Below are positions 37,804 through 50,343 of a stretch of DNA of 64,000 nucleotides, in pieces. Made by a program: the position numbers and the translations under genes. The notes under the pieces are model-generated. The model was not told the origin of the DNA and did no database searches. It saw only the letters and a program-made list of their open reading frames with translations. The DNA is from Gekko japonicus (lineage: Eukaryota). How positions within the stretch are numbered: the first letter of the stretch is position 1; the number at the start of each line of letters is the position of its first letter. The stretch covers positions 1 to 64,000 of the forward strand of contig NW_015163194.1 of the NCBI RefSeq assembly GCF_001447785.1, read 5' to 3'.

Positions 37804-40288
37804 AAACCAAACTTGGTGCCCTATAGTAATTTTTACAGTCAGGTACTCCAGATCCAGCATTATCTTTCACATCCTTCAAGGCTTTCAATTTAATTCTTGG
37901 CTTTTCCCCTTGCCATATAAATAACAGTGCTTCAGAGCAGGGTCCAGCCTCCAAACCAGCCATTTCTTCCTGGGTAATTTAACCATTGTTTCCAATCTCC
38001 AGGTGGGGGCTGGAGACCACTCAAAATTACAACTGCTCTCTAGGAGGGAGGGGGAGGAGATGGAAAGCTGAAATCAGAGGGACAGATAAAGGTAGGTTGG
38101 TTGTTGGCTGGGAAGGAGATAGGGTTGCCACCTCCAGGTTGGGAAATTCCTGGATATTTGAGGGGTGGAGCCTGGAGAGGGTGGGGTTTGATGAGGGGTG
38201 AGACCTCAGATAGGTACAATGCCATAGTCTCCCCTCTCCAAACCAGCCATTTTCTTCCTGGGGAACCATAGCTGCCAATGTCCAGGTGAGGTAGCAAAGA
38301 TCAGTTCCTCTGGAGAAAATGGTGGAGTCTGTGTCATTATACACTGCTGAGGTTGCCACAGCAAATTGATGCTGAGTGCACCCGCCCACAGCCTCTTTCT
38401 AGAGCTCATTGTATTTATTTTCACAACAGGCCTTATTCCTAGTAGGCTACAATGGAGAATTGATCCAGGACTATCTGGAGCTCTGGGGGTGTGTTTCTTT
38501 TGAGGTAGAGGCACCACATTTGCAGCATTGTTTTCAATTGAGGGAAAATGCATTAATATGATCAGAACATTAAATTCCCTGAGCCGGCAGCTAAATTTTT
38601 TTACACCAGCACCCCCTAGCACAGCTTAGAGGGAATTATGGTACTAACCCAATTCTTTTGACCGGTGGTGGCCAAAGATGTCCAGGACTTCTGTAAGACC
38701 TGTGAGGTGGGCCAGTCCCCTCTCTCCCCCTTTACCCATCATCCACACTTCTTTTGGTCAAGTCACTATGGACTTTGTAGGCCCCCTCCCCTGCACACCT
38801 TGGGACTCCCAACGTCTATTCATGCTGATGGACTATGCCACCCATTACCTTGAGGCCTTTACTCTTTGGAACATGAAAAGTGCAGGGGTGGCTAAGGCCC
38901 TAATGCATTTCTCTGCCCATGTGAGCTTACTGCAGGACACTCTAATGGATAGAGGGACTTTGTTAAGTTTTACAGATCTGCCAGATCTTCATCACCATAC
39001 ACCATCCTCAAATGGATGGACTGGTGGAATGTTTGAACCAAATCATAAAATCAATGCTGAGGAAGTTAGCATGTGAATGGCCAACTGCATGGGACCTTTA
39101 TATCGACACTTTGATGTTTGTGATCCGGGAAGCCCCACAGGCCTCCATGGGGTTCGCCTGGTTCAAATCCGTGTATGGGAGAAAGCATAGAATTTGGTGC
39201 AACAGTGGGACCAGAACTCTAGAAGCAATCCCACTGTTGCCCCTGAAGCACCAAGAATACAGAGCATCACTGCTCCAGACATAGTGTCCCATCTATTCCT
39301 TGTGCCTAAAAGCTACTGAGGGATCTGTGCTCCATATGTTTATCCAATCCCCTCTTGAAGCTGTCCATGCTTGTAGAAGCCACCACCTCCTGCAGCACTG
39401 AATTCCCTGTGTTACTGTCTACTTGGACTGGCAGCATCACCGAATGCCTGGTCCTTTTAACTGGAGATGCTGGGAACTGAACCTGGGACCTTGTGCATGC
39501 CAAGCAGATGCTGTACCACTGAGCCACTGCCTCTCTCCACTAACATTTGCCCAGCTACTCACTTACAAAAACAAACGAAGGAGGGGAACCAGCGTACATA
39601 AATAGGTACAAAGTAAAAAAAAAATGCTGGCTGAATTCACAGAGGTGATCACAATATTAAAAAAAATTAAAATTTAATGCCGAGTTCAATAACGCAATAA
39701 CAATATAACAAAATAAAGCCAAGTTGTTCTTGCAAGAAACTACAGTAGTGCAGAAAAATAATGTCCCCAAAATTTCAATGTGTCTTACTCCTGTTGCATT
39801 ATAATTCTATAGTCCAACTTGACATCCATTCATCATAGAGTGGACTCATATAGTTCCTGAAAAATCCTTATAATCTTGAAATCCATAAACCATAGAAGAT
39901 GCATAGTCTGGATGCAAGCTGCCGCATTTTGAATAATACTTTTTCAAAACCAATAGGCTACAGTGGGACCCAATCTCAGTAGTAGCACATACAGAAGCCA
40001 GTTTATTCAATCACAAAGGTTAAACACATTTCTATAGGATCACGTTTCTGTGCATTTGCCCACCATGTAATTGGAATCAGAACAGTAACGATAACAACAG
40101 CAGTCGAAAGAATATCTTAATAACGTTGAGATCTGAAGTAGTCTTCATACAGATGAGGAAACAAATATGAAAAACCAGTCTTTAAGAATGCATCATTAGA
40201 AAGGACCATCTCTCACACAACCTTTGGTAACTGAGTGCCCTAAAACAACAAAAATATAGAGAGTCATGTATTATTCCCTTTGATTTTC

Positions 40289-41227
40289 CTATATGATCCT
40301 CTTCTCTTTCAAGAGCCTGGCCATTGCTTCCTTTACCTGATCATTCCTGAGACAGTAGATAAGAGGATTAAGCAGAGGGGTAACCGATGAGTAGAAAAGA
40401 GTCACCACTTTAGTGACCGTGGCATGGCTCTTCCCATTGGGTATGGCATACATAGCTGCAACAGAGCCAAAGAAAAGGGTCACCACTGCTAGGTGTGAAG
40501 AGACCGTGGAGAAGCCCTTGCCACGGCTACTGTGGCTAGAGGCTTTCACCAAGGTGACACCTACAAATCCATAGGACACAACAATGAAGAGGAAGGTGGC
40601 CAGCAGCCCAAAGGAGACAATGACATGGAAAAGGGGGCCAGCATACCCTACAGGAGGGCAAGCCAAGGCTAGGATGGGGCCAGGGTCACAAAGGAAGTGG
40701 TCAATAATGTTGAGACCACAAAAAGACAGCCTAGAGATCAAAACCACTGGTACAACATACAACAGAATACCAAAGATCCAACAAACAGCCACTAGAGCAT
40801 AGCAAGAGTCTTGGGACATTATCTTGGGGTATTGCAGAGGGTGGCAGATGGCCAAATACCGATCCAAGGCCATGGCTGAGAGGAGGAAACATTCAGTACA
40901 GCCGAGTGAGAAGAAGACATAAAACTGGATGAAGCAGGCATGGAAGGAGATGACCCCGCATGTGAAAGGCAGGTCAAAAAGCATTCTCGGCACAGTGGCA
41001 GTGACATAACAGATCTCCAAGAAGGAGAAGTTCCCCAGCAGGATATACATGGGAAGGCGAGCCAGGTGAGAGTCTTGAATTACTGTCATGATGATAATGA
41101 AGTTCTCAGCCAAAGTGAGGGTGTAGATAGCTGTGAACAAGGCAAAAAGCAGCATTCGTCCGTGTTGTCCCATGCTGAAGCCCAGCAGAATGAATTCCTG
41201 GACCATAGTCCTGTTGACTAGCTCCAT
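40289..41227 (-). CDS. Olfactory receptor, OR11-like, intact, 312 aa (start at MELVNRT)
   Basis: Full set of OR motifs. The ORF-track start at 41305 is probably intronic or UTR, because paralogs start at MEL and a candidate acceptor (cctcctcgcAG) lies just upstream of that ATG. Confidence 0.93.
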   Translation of the reverse strand: MELVNRTMVQEFILLGFSMGQHGRMLLFALFTAIYTLTLAENFIIIMTVIQDSHLARLPMYILLGNFSFLEICYVTATVPRMLFDLPFTCGVISFHACFIQFYVFFSLGCTECFLLSAMALDRYLAICHPLQYPKIMSQDSCYALVAVCWIFGILLYVVPVVLISRLSFCGLNIIDHFLCDPGPILALACPPVGYAGPLFHVIVSFGLLATFLFIVVSYGFVGVTLVKASSHSSRGKGFSTVSSHLAVVTLFFGSVAAMYAIPNGKSHATVTKVVTLFYSSVTPLLNPLIYCLRNDQVKEAMARLLKEKRII

Positions 41228-42770
41228 GTGAAACGCACCATCAGTCTGCGAGGAGGCTAATCCCCCACTGTCCATTGCTAAGGTGCTCCTTCTGACGTTT
41301 GGCATAGATGAAGCACCTGCTGGGAATAGTATAGTTTAGACTTAGCATATGGCATGCAGTGACTGCTGTTAAGAGAACCATTAACAGGCAAAGACCAAGG
41401 ACTAATCTGTATAACAGGGAAGCCAAAACTTCCGTTGTTTCCCCCACTGAACATAAGATCCTCAGAAAAGTCCTGCTGGATCAGACCAGTGGTCCATCTA
41501 GCCCAGCATCGTGCCTCACACAGTTGACAACCAGTTCCTCTGGAGGGCCAACAACAGGGCATAGAGGCTGAGGCCTTCCCCTAATGTTGCCTCCCTGCTC
41601 TAGGATTCAGAGGTTTAGTGCCTCTGAACATAGAGGCTCCCCTCAGTCACCATGGCAAGTAGCCACTGATATACTAATCTTCCATGAATCGATATTATTT
41701 TCTTTGAAGCTATTTATTCCTGTTGCCATCACTACATCTTCTGGCATTGCATTTTTTCATTAAATGATGTGAATTAGACTGGTTATGGGGATTTCAGTTT
41801 TGCAGTTATGCTATTCTTTCCAGTAAAACCTTTCCATTCCAACATGTTTCTAGTTCACGATACAAGAATACCTACTCAGGACCTGGGGACACTTCTGGCA
41901 GAACCAAACTATGCTACGTGATCCTTACTATGGCCCCAGTCACCCAGGCCAGATACGGGGGGGGGGGGGGGAAGGTGTGGCTAATTGCCCCGGCACAGTT
42001 TGATGCGCGATTACGCGATCAGATGCACCGGCGGCACACCACGGGTCCTTCCCTCGGCGCTGGCGGGTAAACGAGGGACTGGAGGGGAATGCTGCGCGCT
42101 GGGAGGTACTAGTTTTTTAAGGCACATTGTTGGCGGTAAGCCACGGGTGCACTCCACTTCCCAGATGTTGGGGTGTGATTGCACCCGGATAATCCGCCCA
42201 CCTTCCGTGCCTCTCCCGTGGCAACTTTGCCTGTGACCGGAGCCCAAGTTCTCTTTCTTAAGAACATAGTTGGCTGGACCAGCACAAATCCCATCTAGTC
42301 CACAGTAGTTTTCAGAAATCACAGCAATTGGTGGATCACAGGAAACTGTTCACTGGTTCCCCAGTGGACCATCAAATGCCTTCTATGGTCTTTTAGACTG
42401 CAAGTTTGGTAATGAAAAGCCGGCAGTATTTTCTCATCTCCGGAAGCAGAGATTAAAAGCTTTCAGACCTTTCTTGCATACTGACCAATGAGCAACCATC
42501 CCCATCTCAGATCTCTTCTGCCACCCCCTTCTGCTTTGGTAATAATCTATGTCCTGTACCTCAGTAATGCACAGACTGCTACCCCCACAGTCAAGGGCAT
42601 GAGGATGTCACGGTACCAGCATATGAAGGGCCATGTGTTATCCCTTGGCTCAAACCCCAGGCTCCAATGTCCTTTGTGCAGAGGAGAGACAAGTGACTGC
42701 ACTGCTGGATGTGTGTGAAGATTTCTTATGAGTTCCCACATGAAGGCTGAACCCTGTTTTCAAAGCCCTC

Positions 42771-42897
42771 CAGAAGCCTTCCTCCAGGAAATTAATGGCC
42801 CTTGGGACCAAGTCTGTGGAGGGCTGCTCTGCTTTTTATCTAAACAAGATGGTCTCCTCAGAGAACAGTTGCCCCATCGGAGAACTAACAATTTACA
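42771..42897 (-). promoter_or_regulatory. Putative OR promoter module with composite TAATGG-CCCTTGGGA site
   Basis: Composite site at 42793..42807; candidate donor at 42558-42559. Confidence 0.65.
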
Positions 42898-44158
42898 AAA
42901 CCTTCCCCCCCCCACCTCACAGTACTGTTTGTGAGTCTTCAGAATCAGATGGATGGAATCTTTACCTTTTTCGCTACGGAGATAGTTGAGGCTCAAAAGA
43001 CTTCTCATCAATATCTGCAAATGTGAAATATTGTTTGCAAATGTTGTTCTTTGCTCGCCTAACGAATATTCGACTGAGATGGTATGGAACTACGGGAAAA
43101 GAGATCCATAATCATATTCCTATTTATCCCCCCCCTTTTTTCCTTACTTTCCCTTCCCGTTCCTCTCATAGTTATCTCCTGCATCTTTCCCCGCATTCCT
43201 ATAGCATCATCATTATCACCACCACTCCTATATTTTACTTTGGTTTTCTTCTCCCGCAAACACCTTTTCTTCTGGAAAATGGCGGTGATTATATGAATGT
43301 GCAGACAGTGCAGGGGGCTCACCCCTTTAGGAGGGGAATGTTCCCTGCTTCAGCAAGCACACCATCTGAAAGCAAAGGACCCTGATTCTATCACCAGGGT
43401 GGTCACTACAAGTGTATCAAGGGATCAAGGGTGGAGCCCTCAGAAAGCTGCTTCCAGTTCAAGTAGAGACTACTCATCTGGATTTCTTATGAGTTCCCAC
43501 ATGAAGGCTGAACCCTGTTTCATAATGGTCATGCCTTCCTTTGGTTAAAGTCTGCACATTTCTGGTACTAAAAATGGATTGGACAGCAGTTCAGTTTATT
43601 ACAAAGAATGTCAACAGAGACTAATGTTACACCACTTTTTCAGTGAGTTTTAGTTTTGCTCTGAAAATGAGCCAGTCTCGGAGGGCAGATTTTAAAAAGT
43701 GCCATATTCAAATGGAACACGTAGATGCTCATATGACAAAGTTGAAACTATTGAACATGTGATCATGGAGTGTCCTATATTTAACAAATTGAGGACCAGT
43801 TTGATCACTCCTTTATTTAAAAATATGGAAACACCCATTGAGGCTTTTGAAGGTATGAGGGCACAGGTGATGTGATTATTATTGGATACAAATTATTCTG
43901 CTCCTCTTTCTGTGTGCAAAATTTATAGGAGCGATAATTAAATATCAGAAAAATAATATTAAGTAAGTTCTTATTTTATTTTATATTTATTTTTACACAG
44001 GGTCTAGATTGCATTAGAAATTGTATCTTTTGGAACAAAACTGGAAAGCATAATATTGCAGTACCGTCTAGGTTATGTTCACCTGATTAGGACAGAAGGT
44101 GATACGTTATGAGGCCTCTATAATACTCCTTAGCGTTGAGCCACTGATAAGTATTATA

Positions 44159-44542
44159 GGCCCCGGTCACACGGGCCAGATAACACGGGGGGGGGAGGCA
44201 TGGCTCTTTGCGCTGGTGCAATTAGACCCACCAGTACATGATCAGATGTGACGGCGGCACACCGCGGTTTCATCCATCAGCGCATGTGCATCAATGAGGA
44301 CAGCCGGGGGGGGGGGAGCCGCACGCCGGTGCGATCACACGGAACAATTCCATCGGCAGCCTATGGCAAACCATTTGCTAGTACATATGGTAAGATAATT
44401 TTTAACTGTGCATCTTTGGTGGCACGCCACGGGTTGGCCACGGGTGTGCTATGCCTCCCAGATGTTCCGGTGTGATTGCGCCCGGAAAATCCACCGAACA
44501 ACCATGCCTTTCACACAGCAAATGCTCTGTGTGACCGGGGCC
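44159..44542. mobile_element. PIF/Harbinger-type MITE
   Basis: Perfect 14-bp TIR GGCCCCGGTCACAC / GTGTGACCGGGGCC; 3-bp TSD ATA. Confidence 0.85.
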
Positions 44543-46102
44543 ATAATATATTTTTACTTGGTTTTATATTGAGCAATACTTTGTTTTATTATTGCAGCAT
44601 TGAGCCTATATGTAATCTTTATGTTTGACCACTGAAGAAGGCCAGTTGGCTGAAATACAACTACTTTTGGGTCACATAAGGTCCTATTTGTGACTATTGT
44701 ACGATTTTAATTCTTATTGAGGCTACATTTGGGCTGATAAATGTTTTTAAATCATTTTGTAATACACACATGTATTTTTGATAACCTGTATTATCTATAT
44801 GTTAATGTTCTATATCTACTGGTTTTAAGATTGGGCCCTCCAATTTGTATGTATTTAACCTTTTGGGGTTTTAATTAATATTTCTTGGGCTAAGTTTTTT
44901 CCTGCATTCCTTTTTCTTCTTTAGTTAAAAAATTTATCCCACATTTTTCAGATATTGACCTAACCATCATCTGCTTCTTAGGTGCTGTATCATACTTGAC
45001 AGGACTTTCTCATGTAATAATCTGAACCCACGAATTCCTAACATGGTGCTTGTGGGCACCATGGCAACTGCTGACTCTTTTCCTGGCACTTGCCAAGTGT
45101 TTCTGGAAAGTTGGTTGTGCCAGTTGGGGGTTTTGCCCAGCAAGGCTCCTGATTGGCCATTGGAGAATGGATTGGCTATGCAGATCCTCAGCACAAGGAT
45201 CTGCATTGTGTGACTGAAGGTAAGCTGTGGCAGCCATTTTGTGGTTGGCTTTGCTTCCTGTGGCTGCCATTTTGTGGTTTGGCCCAGCACACAGCGTTTT
45301 TAATTCCAAAGGTGCCTGCAACCTTGAGCAGGTTGGGGTTGGGGCCTTCTGTCCTAACCAGTCAGGGATCATATATCAAACATGATGATCTCACTAGGCC
45401 CTACCTTGGTAACCTTCATTGGTGATTTCATGCAAGACAATTGTCCCAAGACAGCTCTTGTCACCTGTAGGTAGGGTAAAATGCTAGGGCGAAATGTGGA
45501 TTGGGTGTACATCTATGTGCATATTCACATGCTTTGCACTGAAAGTTAAGCAATGTGAATGGGTGAGATCTGCAGTCTGATGTGTGTCATGATACACATC
45601 CATTTCACAGAGCTTACCCTTCTGCTCCTTATTGCATTCCCAGAGATATATTCAGTTATTCATCTACATCTGCTTAGTTTTTCACATTGTGCTCCTGCTA
45701 GCCAGTGGCATCAGCCCTGTTTGACTCGGCAATGAAACAGTGGTTTTCTCTTTACTCTGCCACTCAAACTCTTTCATAATGACCATTTGCACTCGGCTTG
45801 GTGAGAAATGGGTGGTGCCAGTCACAAAGCAAAGTTTAAAGGGGGATTGCAACCATTTTTAGTTCTAATAGGTCCAATGAGCTTCTTGCTGGGTCCAAAG
45901 AGCTTCTCGCTGGTGAAAAAGGGAGGAGGCCAACCCAAAAGATACTATGCTTGGAATCATGTGAGTTGTATTGACAAAAGTCATTTGGGATGGGGACTGT
46001 AATAGGGAGGAAAATTGGGTGAGATGGAGTGAAAATCCTGATTGAATCCCACTTAACGTTTTTTAAATATATTGAAATTTGGAAGCATGTAAAAGAATCA
46101 CA

Positions 46103-46450
46103 TGGAGCTGCGGTGGCTCAAGTGGTTAAGACGCTGAACTGCAGGCTGTGGAAGGTCGGTAGTTCAGCAGTTCAAGACCGGGGTTGCCGCATGACGGAGT
46201 GAGCTCCCGTCTCTATTCCAGCTCCTGCCAACCTAGCAGTCCGAAAGCAAGAAATTGCAAGTAGAGAAATAGGGACCACTTTGGTGGGAAGGTAACAGCA
46301 TTTCATGCGCCTTGGTGTTTAGTCATGCCGGCCACATGACCACAGAAACGTCTTCAGACAGCGCTGGCTCTTCGGCTTTGAAACGGAGATGAGCACCGCA
46401 ACCCTAGAGTCGGACTCGACTGGCTTTCGAGCAAGGGAACCTTTACCTTT
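46103..46450 (+). mobile_element. Sauria SINE, full length
   Basis: tRNA-like head, gctcctgccaacctagcagt body, (accttt)n tail, 13-bp TSD taaaagaatcaca. Confidence 0.88.
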
Positions 46451-47449
46451 TAAAAGAATCACAAAGAGTTATGCTCTACAGCATATACAGAGTTAGCTCC
46501 AACATGAGTTGCCTTTGTCCCAAGGAGGTTCAGCTCAGTGATGAGATAATTTGTCAGTAGCCACAAAATATCATCTGCACAGGCCATGTTCCGTCTTTTA
46601 AGTGTTGCTTGTTACATTTGCCTCTCCCATTCCTCTTCCTCTTCTGCTGTATTCCTTCTCCAGCCTCTCCCTTGACTATCCTCTCCTGTGGTTGATATTC
46701 AGATTGTAAACTCTTTGGGAGGAATATTATTCTGGCTCTTATGCGCCATGAGAAATAATGACAAAGTAAAAATTAACGCAACAATAATTTTCTATAACAA
46801 CATTCTGTATATGGGTATCACCATACTCTCTTGCACAGCTTCCAAGCAGCTCAGGAAAATATATGTGCATTTCTCCCTTTATCATTTTAATCTCACAACA
46901 ACCCTGTGAAGAAGGCAAGGCTGAGAGATAGTCTTTGTCACTCTGTGAGTGCACGAGTAAGAAGCTGGACCCTGGATCTTAGCTTGAGATCAGTTCTTAT
47001 GCATCCGCTTGTCCGCTTTCTTTGCCCGAACTGCTTTGCCGATGCAGAATGGAGAAATACCTTTGAAAAGCTTAGAAGAAGAGGGAGGTAATAGCGCTCC
47101 CTCATACATATCTATCTGGCCAATCCTCAAAGAAGCTCTCAGGGGTTTCCATAGTTCTCCTTTCCCCACTTTATCCTCACAATTTGGTTATGCTGAGAGA
47201 GAATGATCGTCCCAGAGAGCTTCTTGGGTGAATGGAGATCTGAAACCATCTCAGGTCTTCCTTACCTTGCAAGCCTATTTGCATGCATAGCAACCAACAC
47301 AACCCTCTCATTAGGGAAAGGGGCAAAGACTGTGGGCATAAAGAGGTGACTTGAATGGTAAGCAGCTATGCTGCATCTGGAAGCTAGAATGAAGGGCTAG
47401 GGAAAGCAGAGGCAGCAGTGAATGAATGATGTTTATTTCCGGTCAAAGA

Positions 47450-48260
47450 CCATTCGTCAGAATAATACATATTTGTTCAATACAAACAGATTAGCTTTCA
47501 GTCCAAAAGTATATATTTAGAGATATAACCTTAAAACCATTAAAATGTAAAAAAATAAAAAGTTTAACTGTCCATTATATCAGAATAACTATGAAAATGT
47601 CTAAAACTAAACTAATTATAAATCATACAAAAGGTGATTGAGGGTATTTATTGTGGAATTTTGCCAGCTGGAAGCAGGATTTAGCTATTTGTCTGGAGTT
47701 TTGCTGATCTTCCTCTGTCAGAAGTCTCTCTAGAACAGCACTATCTGCATCAGGTGCTGGCCTATCTCAGAGGGGAGAGATAAGCTTATCCCTGTAAACT
47801 TGATGAAAGGGGCAGCGGAAGAACATATGGGGCACCGATTCCACTTCTCCCAAGGAACATGGGCAGCACCTGTCTTCATATGGTATCTTTCTATATTTTC
47901 CCTCTAGAACAGTGGTTCTCAACCTTCCTAATGCCGCGACCCTTTAATACAGTTCCTCATGTTGTGGTGACCCCCAACCATAAAATTATTTTTGTTGCTA
48001 CTTCATAACTGTAATTTTGCTACTGTTATGAATCGTAATGTAAATATCTGATATGCAGGATGTATTTTCATTGTTACAAATTGAACATAATTAAAGCATA
48101 GTGATTAATCACAAAATCAATATGTAATTATATATTGTGAAATATTTATTTCTAATTACAGGCGACCCCTTAGACGACCCCTGTGAAAGGGTCGTTCGAC
48201 CCCCAAAGGGGCCGTGACCCACAGGTTGAGAACCGCTGCTCTAGAACCTTAGAGGGAATA
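47450..48260 (-). mobile_element. Old LINE 3' fragment (RTE-X-like) interrupted by the SPIN MITE; relatives at ~36990-37345 and 43540-43980 (+)
   Basis: VLEGKYRKIPYEDRCCPCSLGEVESVPHMFFRCP zinc-knuckle motif. Confidence 0.55.
47910..48238. mobile_element. SPIN (URR1-like) non-autonomous hAT transposon
   Basis: TIRs CAGTGGTTCTCAACCT / AGGTTGAGAACCGCTG, perfect 8-bp TSD ctctagaa, body matches the recalled SPIN/URR1 consensus. Confidence 0.9.
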
Positions 48261-49377
48261 GGAGGCAGCAGTGGGATCCCCAGGAAGGAAGCAAGGAAGG
48301 AAAAGAAAGGTACCAGGAGAGTCAGAAAATAAGTTTAGGCTAGCCCCTTCCCACTGACTCGGGTTAAGCTGGTCTTTATGGGTATTGCTTAACGACATTC
48401 CTACCATTAGAAGCTATTCCATTAACCTCGATTGTAACATGACATTGATTGATATTGTCCTACTAGCAGGCCTGTAGCCATGGGGGCATTTGGGGGCATT
48501 GCCCCCTACCGATGAATGCTGCCCCTCAGACAAAAGAAATAGATTTAAAAAATGTTTTTTATTGCAAGTACCAGGAGAGTCAGAAAATAAGTTTAGACTA
48601 GCCCCTTCCCACTGACTCGGGTTAAGCTGGTCTTAATGGGCATTGCTTAAAGACATTACTACCATTAGAAGCTAAGGGGGTGTGGCATATGCTAATGAGT
48701 TATGCTAATGAGTTCCCCTAGCTCTTTTTCTACAAAACGACCCCTGGTAGCAGGCCTGTAGCCATGGGGGCATTTGGGGGCATTGCCCCCTACCGATGAA
48801 TGCTGCCCCTCAGACAAAAGAAATAGATTTAAAAAATGTTTTTTATTGCAAGTTGCACGTGGGTGTTCCGAAATGACCCCAGGCACAGTCAAAGAAACTT
48901 CAGTCACATTTTTTTTCTTTTTTTCCAGGCCAAAAATTAAACGGGTTTTTAAAAATGCAATGAAATAAAATAGCCGAAAATAGAATAAAATTGCGAAATG
49001 AAAAATAGAGTTGGAGATTCCCCCCCCCGGCTTATGCAGAAAAGGAGTCCAGAATCGAGTCTCTACAATGGAGGGGACTAGAGGACCAGAGGAGGACTAG
49101 AGGTCGCAGTGGAGCCGGAGCTGCCGCTTCTGCCGTTGCAAGAGGAGCAGCAGGTGTGCCCAGGGTGCCCCCCTCGGTTTCTCCATGCCCCGCCAACCGA
49201 AATTTTCTGGCTGTGCCCCTGCCTACTAGAGATCATAAAATACAAAGAGGCAATCCAAGTTTACAAAATGCACCAGGGGACCTAACCCCCACTAGCTATG
49301 GCAGCGATTGTTCCCAAATAGCAAGCAGATCGGCATGTGCATTTGAGTTAATGGCTGTCCTGCTTCTCCCCATGACC

Positions 49378-50343
49378 CTACTTCATCCTCTTCCTTTGCA
49401 AGCGTCTGGATACTGCCTCCTTCACCTGGTCGTTCCGAAGGCAGTAGATCAGCGGGTTAAGCAGAGGGGTGACGGCAGAGTAGAAGAGAGTCACGACCTT
49501 CGTTGTCTCTGCGCGATCTTCCCCGTTCGGCTCTACGTACATTGCGACCACAGAGCCATAGAAAAGGGTCACCACGGCCAGGTGGGAAGAGACTGTGGAG
49601 AAGCCCTTCATACGGTTGCTCCGGCTTGATTTTTTGACCAGGGTGAGAGTTACAAATGCGTACGAGACTGCAATGAACAGAAAGGTGGCCAGAACAACAG
49701 AGGAGACAAAGATGTTGAAGAGGCGGGGTACATACCCCAGCGGGGGGCAAGCCAAAGCAAAGAGGGGACCCGGATCACACACAAAGTGGTCAATAGTGTT
49801 GGGGCCGCAGAAGGATAGCCTGGAGATCAGGAACACTGGTGCTGCGTACCACAAGAAACCAAGGATCCAGCAAGCAGCCACCAATTTGTAGCAGGCCTCT
49901 TGAGACATCATTTTCGGGTACTGCAGTGGGCGACAGATGGCCAAATAGCGATCCAAGGCCATGGCCGAGAGGAAGAAGCATTCGGTATTGCCGAGGGAGA
50001 AGAAGTTGTAGAATTGGAGGAAGCAGGCATGGAAGGAGATGACCCCATATGGGAAGGACAGGTCAAAGAGCATCCTTGGCACTGTGGCACTCACATAACA
50101 CATCTCTAGCCAGGAGAAGTGGCTGAGCAAGATGTACATGGGAAGGCGGGCCAGGTGAGAGTCTTGAACGACTATCGTGATGATGATGATGTTCTCAGCC
50201 AAAGTGAGGGCATAGACAGCCATGAAGAAGATGAGAAGGAGCAGGCGTCCCTGTTGTCCAACCCTGAAGCCCAGCAGGATGAACTCCTGTACTGTGGTCC
50301 CATTGCCCACCTTCGTCTCATGCACAGGACCACTCTGCATCAT
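49378..50343 (-). CDS. Olfactory receptor, OR11-like, intact, 321 aa (downstream copy of a 1261-bp tandem duplication)
   Basis: Full set of OR motifs; 5 aa differences from 50639..51604. Confidence 0.9.
   Translation of the reverse strand: MMQSGPVHETKVGNGTTVQEFILLGFRVGQQGRLLLLIFFMAVYALTLAENIIIITIVVQDSHLARLPMYILLSHFSWLEMCYVSATVPRMLFDLSFPYGVISFHACFLQFYNFFSLGNTECFFLSAMALDRYLAICRPLQYPKMMSQEACYKLVAACWILGFLWYAAPVFLISRLSFCGPNTIDHFVCDPGPLFALACPPLGYVPRLFNIFVSSVVLATFLFIAVSYAFVTLTLVKKSSRSNRMKGFSTVSSHLAVVTLFYGSVVAMYVEPNGEDRAETTKVVTLFYSAVTPLLNPLIYCLRNDQVKEAVSRRLQRKRMK

Larger units (their letters stand above)
31684..39560. repeat. Near-identical direct repeat blocks 31684..33474 and 37804..39560
   Basis: Offset 6120. 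I saw only 3 substitutions in the first ~1.6 kb; there is a short deletion near 39435. Confidence 0.95.
28976..43870. repeat. Three tandem paralogous OR units (~28976-31630, ~33432-37345, ~39520-43870)
   Basis: Alignable 3' flank, CDS, intron with a shared CR1 fragment, first exon and promoter in each unit. Confidence 0.9.

Noticed and set aside
41228-41305. N-terminal extensions of ORs (MPNVRRST.. at 41305 and 30292; MAAVLH.. at 56349)
   Set aside because: They cross candidate splice acceptors and are not kept in paralogs, so they are probably intron or UTR.
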